Shown piece by piece: positions 58,573 to 64,000 of a DNA stretch of 64,000 nt; position 1 is the first letter of the stretch; each line of letters opens with the position of its first letter. Under the pieces are notes generated by a model. The model was not told where the DNA came from. It worked only from the letters and a program-made list of their open reading frames with translations, and made no database searches. A program made the translations under genes and the position numbers. The stretch spans positions 68,204 to 132,203 of the forward strand of contig JBAYKP010000001.1 in NCBI GenBank assembly GCA_041664465.1, written 5' to 3'. Origin of the DNA: Minisyncoccota bacterium. Its GTDB lineage: Bacteria; Patescibacteriota; Minisyncoccia; Phycocordibacterales; UBA9973.

Positions 58573-59296
58573 AGTGTATAAATGACTTGCGATGGATTGG
58601 GGTCTGACCGTGAGTTCTGATGGCAGAATAGTGAGCGCGGGTACCATAACCCATATGCTTATTGAAACCGTATTCGGGGTAATCCAAAGCATACTTTGTC
58701 ATAATCCTATCTCGCGAAACTTTCGCCACAATGGATGCCAAAGAAATAACCGGATGAAGCTCATCCCCTCTTATAATCGTCTCCTGATTTATGTACTCTA
58801 CTGGGGCATGAAGTCCACCATCGAGAAAAATCTTGAACGAAGAGAGCGAAACAGAATCTTCCAAATTTTTATCGGCGTCGGAGCCCTTTAGGGTAAGCCC
58901 TGAAAAATTTGGAAGATTCTGTGAAGCGACTTTATCAAGTGACTGATTCAAAGCTTTCTGAATACATTTTGCAATTCCAAATTTATCAATATTCTCGGGG
59001 GAAACAAAAGACACAGCATAGTCGCAAAGACCTTCGGTCTTTGCGACTTTCAAATATTCAAACCACTCTTCCCTTTGCTTCTTACTAAGCTTCTTCGAAT
59101 CTTTTAATTTTGGTAATTTTACATAGGACGGTCCTATGTCTTTTTTGCCATAAGTCCGACTTATGGCTGATTCAATAAAATTATTATCCTTAATTAAAAA
59201 AGCACAAACAGCCACTGGCCCTGCCAAAGGGCCCCGACCAACCTCATCTATGCCAATTATGTATTTTGTGGTGTCTAAAGCTCCCATATAGAACAA
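58571..59296 (-). CDS. rnhB: Ribonuclease HII with in-frame palindromic insertions
   Basis: GIDEVGRGPLAGP, DSKKL, DG, ASIVAKVSRD, GYGT and HRKSF. Confidence 0.95.
   Translation of the reverse strand: MFYMGALDTTKYIIGIDEVGRGPLAGPVAVCAFLIKDNNFIESAISRTYGKKDIGPSYVKLPKLKDSKKLSKKQREEWFEYLKVAKTEGLCDYAVSFVSPENIDKFGIAKCIQKALNQSLDKVASQNLPNFSGLTLKGSDADKNLEDSVSLSSFKIFLDGGLHAPVEYINQETIIRGDELHPVISLASIVAKVSRDRIMTKYALDYPEYGFNKHMGYGTRAHYSAIRTHGQTPIHRKSFIH
58851..58922. repeat. Long inverted repeat inside rnhB
   Basis: Perfect 20-bp arms acagaatcttccaaattttt / aaaaatttggaagattctgt with a 32-nt spacer. Confidence 0.88.
59121..59167. repeat. Two tandem palindromes inside rnhB
   Basis: acataggac-g-gtcctatgt and gccataagtc-c-gacttatggc. 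Confidence 0.88.
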
Positions 59297-59325
59297 TCAT
59301 ACCTTATTTGCTATACTAAGAAAAT

Positions 59326-62300
59326 ATGGACCCAAAGCCTGAATTAAACGCCAACTTCATACATCTGCATACCCACTCTCATTATTCTCTCTTAGACGGG
59401 CTTTCGAAGATTCCAGATATGGTCAAAACTGCCAAGAAAAATGGGATGAATGCCCTGGCTATTACTGACCACGGGAATATGTATGGAGCCATAGAACTCT
59501 ACAAAGAAGCTCATAAAGCGGGCATTAAGCCTATCATTGGAGTGGAAGCCTACATCGCCTTCCATGGAAGAAAAGACAAAGAACCCGGAGTAGACAACAG
59601 ACGATACCATCTAACACTTTTGGCCAAGAATAAACAAGGTTACAAGAATCTAATGCATCTAGTCTCTATTGCGAATATGGAAGGCTATTATTACAAACCT
59701 CGTATGGACAAAGAAATTCTAAGAGAATTTCACGATGGAATCATTTGCCTTTCTGGTTGTATGGGTAGTGAGCTCTCTCAAGCAGTCCTCGCCAACAACA
59801 ATGAAAAAGCCGAAGATCTCATAAAAGAGCATCAAGAAATTTTCGGTCTTGAAAATTATTTCCTTGAAGTTCATTCTCATCCTCACGTAGAAAATGATAA
59901 AAAATTAAGAGATGGAATTATTGCTCTTGGAAAGAAATTTAATATTAAAATTGTCGCTGGTCAAGATTCTCACTACCTTTGTGTGGATGATTACAAAGCC
60001 CATCACACTCTCCTTGCAGTTAATACTGGAACTGATGGTGGTAAAGAAGGAACTGGTTTTGAATTCCCTGAAGATGACTTCTCTCTTATAGATGAGAAAA
60101 CTGCTTTGAAATATTTCGCAGACTGCAAGGAAGCCGTGACCAATACGAAATTTGTGACTGACTTGTGCGAGTCATACGACCTTGAGCTAGGGAAAGCTTT
60201 CTTTCCTGACTTCCCTATTCCAGAAGGTCAAACTGCCGATGAAGTCCTCCGCGCACTTGCTTATAAAGGTTTCGAAACGAGAAAGCTTGAAAAAACGCCT
60301 ATTTATATAGATAGATTGGAATATGAATTAAAGCTTATAAAGCAGAAAGGATACCCCGCATACTTCCTCGTCGTCTCTGACTTACTTCAATTCTCAAGAG
60401 ATAATGATATATACACAAACATCCGAGGATCCGTCGCCGGATCTCTCACGACTTATCTCACAGGTATTACAAAAGTTGATCCTATACTTTACAAATTGCC
60501 ATTTGAAAGATTCCTAAATCCAGAACGTCCATCTCTGCCTGATATAGATATGGACTACGCTGATAATCGTCGCGATGAAGTGATCGCTTATGCCAAGAGG
60601 AAATATGGCGAAGACAAGGTCGCTCAGATCGGTACTTTCGGAACGATGATGGCGAAAGGCTCCGTGCGCGACGTTGCTCGCGCACTCGGCCACCCTTATG
60701 TCGTTGGTGATAGAATTTCAAGTATGATACCTCTTGGCTCTCAAGGAATGCCAATGACTATAGATCATGCTATGAAGATAGTCCCTGAATTGAAAACTGC
60801 TTACAAAGAAGAAAAAGATACAAAAGAAATTATAGACTTAGCGAAAAAGATGGAAGGATGTGTCCGCCATATTTCCGTCCACGCGGCGGGAGTCGTCATG
60901 TCCCCTCGTCCTCTCTATGAATTTACTCCTATTCAATATGACCCAAAGGGTGGAAATATCATCACTCAATATGATATGTATAGTATTGAGGATGCCGGAC
61001 TGCCGAAATTTGATTTCCTTGGTATTAGAAATTTAGCCATCTTGGCAGAAGCAGTAAGATTAGTGAAAATAATACATAAAATAGATATAGATATAGATAC
61101 GATAGATCTAAATGATAAGAAAACTTTTGAAATGCTTTCCCGAGGAGAGACTATGGGATTATTCCAACTCAATGGTTCTGGAATGACAAGATACTTGAAA
61201 GAATTAAAACCTTCTACTATTCATGATATCAATGCGATGGTAGCTTTATATCGTCCTGGACCGATGGAAATGATCCCTGAATATATCAAACGCAAACACA
61301 ATCCAAAAGCTATCACTTACCTTGATCCTAGATTGAAAGATATCCTAAGTATGTCTTATGGAATCATTACTTACCAAGATGACGTTTTAATGACGGCTAT
61401 CAATCTGGGTGGATATTCTTGGCTTGAAGCCGACAAACTTCGTAAAGCGATGGGTAAGAAAATTCCTGAAGTCATGGAAGCCGAAAGAGAGAAGCTTCTA
61501 GCTGGTCTCGTCAAACACGGAATGAGTGATAAAAAGGCGGAAGAGATATGGACATTAATTGAGCCATTTGCAGCCTATGGATTCGGGAAGGCTCACGCGG
61601 CAAGCTACGGACTAGTAGCATATCAGACAGCCTATATGAAAGCCAATTACCCTGTGGAATATATGTCGGCAATTATGACTTCTGAATCAGGTGATATAGA
61701 AAAAGTAGCAGAAATAATTCATGAATGTGAGAAAATGCAAATCAAAGTCCTTCCTCCAAATATCAATGAAAGTTATGGTGGATTCACTGTAATAAAAGGC
61801 AGTGACCATACGACTGACCGAACTATTCGCTTTGGATTTTATAATATTAAAAATTTGGGAGTAGATATCGCCGACTCTATCATAGAAGAAAGGAAGAAGA
61901 ATGGTCACTTTAAATCTTTGGCTGATTTCTTTGAAAGAATTAATCACAAGAATTTAAATAAAAAGTCAGTGGAAGCTCTCGCCAAGTGTGGAGCAATGGA
62001 CGACTTTGTCACTCATAGAAATATGGTAATGGGTAATCTGGAGAAGCTTATAGCTTTCAACAAGGAAGCCAAAGGATCGGGAGCACAGGATTCTCTCTTT
62101 GGAAGTATTGGTGGAATAGAAGTGAAACTTTCACTTGATGAACAAATAGAAGCCACTTTGCAAGAGAAACTAACTTGGGAGAAAGATCTGCTAGGGCTCT
62201 ATGTCTCAGGGCATCCACTGGATAATTATAAAGACAAGATAGATAAATTTGGCACATTGATTAAAAAAGTAAAAGAAGAATTAAAGGTGAATATGCCAGT

Positions 62301-62535
62301 CACTATCGCGGCTATCATAGATGATATCCGAATAGTTACTACCAAGAATAATAACAGAATGGCTTTCATAAAAATTTCTGACTATACAGGAAGTATAGAT
62401 GCGGTAGTCTTCTCGAAGCTTTTCGAAACCCATAAAGATATCCTAATAAAAGATACGATCATCGCCCTCACAGGCAAAGTCACAGAGAGAAATGGTGAGA
62501 AAAGTATAATGATAGATAATTTTAAGAAGATTTAA
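59326..62535 (+). CDS. dnaE: DNA polymerase III subunit alpha
   Basis: HLHTHSHYSLLDG (PHP), RGS, FERFLNPER..PDID, HAAG, KFDFLG, SGHPL and OB tail. Confidence 0.98.
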   Translation: MDPKPELNANFIHLHTHSHYSLLDGLSKIPDMVKTAKKNGMNALAITDHGNMYGAIELYKEAHKAGIKPIIGVEAYIAFHGRKDKEPGVDNRRYHLTLLAKNKQGYKNLMHLVSIANMEGYYYKPRMDKEILREFHDGIICLSGCMGSELSQAVLANNNEKAEDLIKEHQEIFGLENYFLEVHSHPHVENDKKLRDGIIALGKKFNIKIVAGQDSHYLCVDDYKAHHTLLAVNTGTDGGKEGTGFEFPEDDFSLIDEKTALKYFADCKEAVTNTKFVTDLCESYDLELGKAFFPDFPIPEGQTADEVLRALAYKGFETRKLEKTPIYIDRLEYELKLIKQKGYPAYFLVVSDLLQFSRDNDIYTNIRGSVAGSLTTYLTGITKVDPILYKLPFERFLNPERPSLPDIDMDYADNRRDEVIAYAKRKYGEDKVAQIGTFGTMMAKGSVRDVARALGHPYVVGDRISSMIPLGSQGMPMTIDHAMKIVPELKTAYKEEKDTKEIIDLAKKMEGCVRHISVHAAGVVMSPRPLYEFTPIQYDPKGGNIITQYDMYSIEDAGLPKFDFLGIRNLAILAEAVRLVKIIHKIDIDIDTIDLNDKKTFEMLSRGETMGLFQLNGSGMTRYLKELKPSTIHDINAMVALYRPGPMEMIPEYIKRKHNPKAITYLDPRLKDILSMSYGIITYQDDVLMTAINLGGYSWLEADKLRKAMGKKIPEVMEAEREKLLAGLVKHGMSDKKAEEIWTLIEPFAAYGFGKAHAASYGLVAYQTAYMKANYPVEYMSAIMTSESGDIEKVAEIIHECEKMQIKVLPPNINESYGGFTVIKGSDHTTDRTIRFGFYNIKNLGVDIADSIIEERKKNGHFKSLADFFERINHKNLNKKSVEALAKCGAMDDFVTHRNMVMGNLEKLIAFNKEAKGSGAQDSLFGSIGGIEVKLSLDEQIEATLQEKLTWEKDLLGLYVSGHPLDNYKDKIDKFGTLIKKVKEELKVNMPVTIAAIIDDIRIVTTKNNNRMAFIKISDYTGSIDAVVFSKLFETHKDILIKDTIIALTGKVTERNGEKSIMIDNFKKI

Positions 62536-62576
62536 ATAAAATAGCCCCGCCAACTTCGTTGGCGGGGCTATTTTAT
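62536..62576. terminator. Bidirectional terminator after dnaE
   Basis: ataaaatagccccgccaac-ttc-gttggcggggctattttat. Confidence 0.85.
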
Positions 62577-62578
62577 TA

Positions 62579-63169
62579 TTACACTATAGCATCCTCACTA
62601 TCTATCATTTTCATTATTTTAATCACCTGTTTTGAGTATCCAGGGATGATAGAATCTGGGTTATATTTCTTCAAAATCTTTTCTGTGGTCATTCCATCTT
62701 TGTAATGCTTAGCATTGGCATTGTTACCACTAAGAGTTTTGGAAATATGCTCTATGGATTGATCTACGGATGGAAATCCACTTTTACATGAAGCCCAACC
62801 GAAGTTGTTATTTGGAGCTTTAGGATTCTTGCATGCTTGCTTTCCTCCTGTCGTCTCACGCATAGCTATCGCTGGAAGTAATCTATAATCTATATCATAT
62901 TTCTCTGCTTCCACAACGAACTTCATCCCATAACCAGCGAGCGGAGCATCATATTTCTTAAAGAATTCATCCACTTGTTTGGCTTTTAAAGCCTGTTTTT
63001 CGAGATCCTCCTTTTCTTGCGTTGTTATCGCTGAATCAGATGTCTCAACTTTATTATCTTTAATCACAGTCATGTCTGTAATACTTTGTATTCCTGTAAG
63101 TGGCAGAACCACGGCTAACATAGGAATAGCGACAATTGACTGCAAGTAACGTATTATTTGTTTATTCAT
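62579..63169 (-). CDS. Secreted lysozyme-fold (transglycosylase/glucosaminidase-like) protein
   Basis: Signal region; IDYRLLPAIAMRETTGG, NNFGW, KKYNP and Y..QV. Confidence 0.65.
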   Translation of the reverse strand: MNKQIIRYLQSIVAIPMLAVVLPLTGIQSITDMTVIKDNKVETSDSAITTQEKEDLEKQALKAKQVDEFFKKYDAPLAGYGMKFVVEAEKYDIDYRLLPAIAMRETTGGKQACKNPKAPNNNFGWASCKSGFPSVDQSIEHISKTLSGNNANAKHYKDGMTTEKILKKYNPDSIIPGYSKQVIKIMKMIDSEDAIV

Positions 63170-63597
63170 AGTTAACGGCTATACGGACCGTCAGACGCCC
63201 CTAAGGGTTCTACCTTAATCTAACTTTTTGAACTAATCAGATGTAAAGTAAAAAGCTCCTTATACATAATCAATGAATGACAACATACTTGGAACTCCTT
63301 ATATAGTAGCACACAGGCTCATAAAAGTCAATAGTTATAACATAGTTTTATCTATCGTCAAATAGCAAAAACCCTTATTGTATAAGGGTTTTTGCTCATT
63401 ATTTCCTTGACACCCATACGGTTACTGTGTCAAAATAAGCCCTAAAAACAAGGATATCTGGGTATTTTTGACACTTTCCCCTATTTGTATTATAAAAACG
63501 CTAATTTATAAAGATATTTGCTAGATTTTACTTCATAGATTATTTTATCTAAAATTTACACACCACCCTTGCGGGTACTTTTTATGTGTAAAACTTT

Positions 63598-63783
63598 TTA
63601 TACTTTTGAGAATGAACGATTATAACGTTCAACTAAATCACTTTGATCTTTGTTTGATTCTCTTATTACATTCTTTATAAAGCTTTTGTGGTCTCGAGAA
63701 GATGTATTTTGGATAACAGAATAAAGACCCTCTTTATTAGACGTATTACTTTTGCCCATGATTTTATTGATTAATTTCTTCAT
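63598..63783 (-). CDS. Small hypothetical protein, possible partner of the upstream gene
   Basis: 61-aa ORF starting 9 nt after the upstream stop. Confidence 0.5.
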   Translation of the reverse strand: MKKLINKIMGKSNTSNKEGLYSVIQNTSSRDHKSFIKNVIRESNKDQSDLVERYNRSFSKV

Positions 63784-63792
63784 AAAATTATC

Positions 63793-64000
63793 TTAATTTA
63801 ATAACTTTTCCAAGTCTTCTTTAGTATAACTTATCTTTAAATAAGAATCAATCTTTTCTATATTCAGTTCAAATTTCATACTATCATTTTCAAAATTCTT
63901 AATTATAAGGTTTAACTGTAATGCTTTACCAAATTCTTCCTTTAATTTATTGACATTATTCTTGGCTTGAAAGAATGCCTTAATAAAGAAATCTTTAGGA
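63793..64000 (-). CDS. C-terminal fragment of a protein running off the window end (possibly zeta-toxin-like)
   Basis: PKDFFIKAFFQAKNNVNKLKEEFG..IDSYLKISYTKEDLEKLLN*; family resemblance recalled from memory only, P-loop not in the window. Confidence 0.35.
   Translation of the reverse strand, partial: PKDFFIKAFFQAKNNVNKLKEEFGKALQLNLIIKNFENDSMKFELNIEKIDSYLKISYTKEDLEKLLN

Noticed and set aside
59326-62535. Intein or palindromic insert in dnaE (also checked gyrA)
   Set aside because: Lengths are ordinary and I saw no splicing motifs or strong hairpins
63170-63300. Riboswitch (e.g. c-di-AMP) upstream of the lysozyme-like gene
   Set aside because: Some GC-rich pairing (gacgg/ccgtt) is present, but I could not match the consensus of any known riboswitch
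1-64000. Alternative genetic code (UGA recoding as in Gracilibacteria/Absconditabacteria)
   Set aside because: Long conserved genes are open in code 11 with no in-frame TGA

Overview
AT-rich, gene-dense window that reads in standard code 11. Its gene content points to a Candidate Phyla Radiation / Patescibacteria (Parcubacteria-type) chromosome; this taxon is inferred, not shown. It carries housekeeping genes (alaS 5' part, mnmA, typA, rseP, frr, mreB, priA, rpsU, ybeY, ftsA, ftsZ, gpmI, gyrA, rpsA, pth, lepB, hisS, def, fmt, hpf, pepN, rnhB, dnaE), four tRNAs (Val-GAC, Ser-CGA, Glu-TTC, Asn-GTT), five tandem VirB2/TrbC-like pilin genes and an accessory region (NYN nuclease, type II R-M pair, MazG-like gene). 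The standout is a palindrome-dispersal system. A REP-associated HUH tyrosine transposase (RAYT) and a cargo gene sit between def and fmt, bracketed by perfect 27-bp REP palindromes. Short palindromes of similar architecture, plus several other palindrome families, lie in frame inside intact housekeeping genes (mnmA, a SAM methyltransferase, priA, fmt, pepN, rnhB). Some occur as identical or compensatorily mutated copies in unrelated genes more than 50 kb apart. Other signals are structured elements fused to tRNA 3' ends, a REP-flanked NYN gene with a downstream hairpin, TGnTAnnAT extended -10 boxes 6-7 nt before many ATGs (leaderless-type transcription), and several unannotated small ORFs including an 8-Cys tandem peptide. 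All product calls come from motif recognition by eye; no searches were run.
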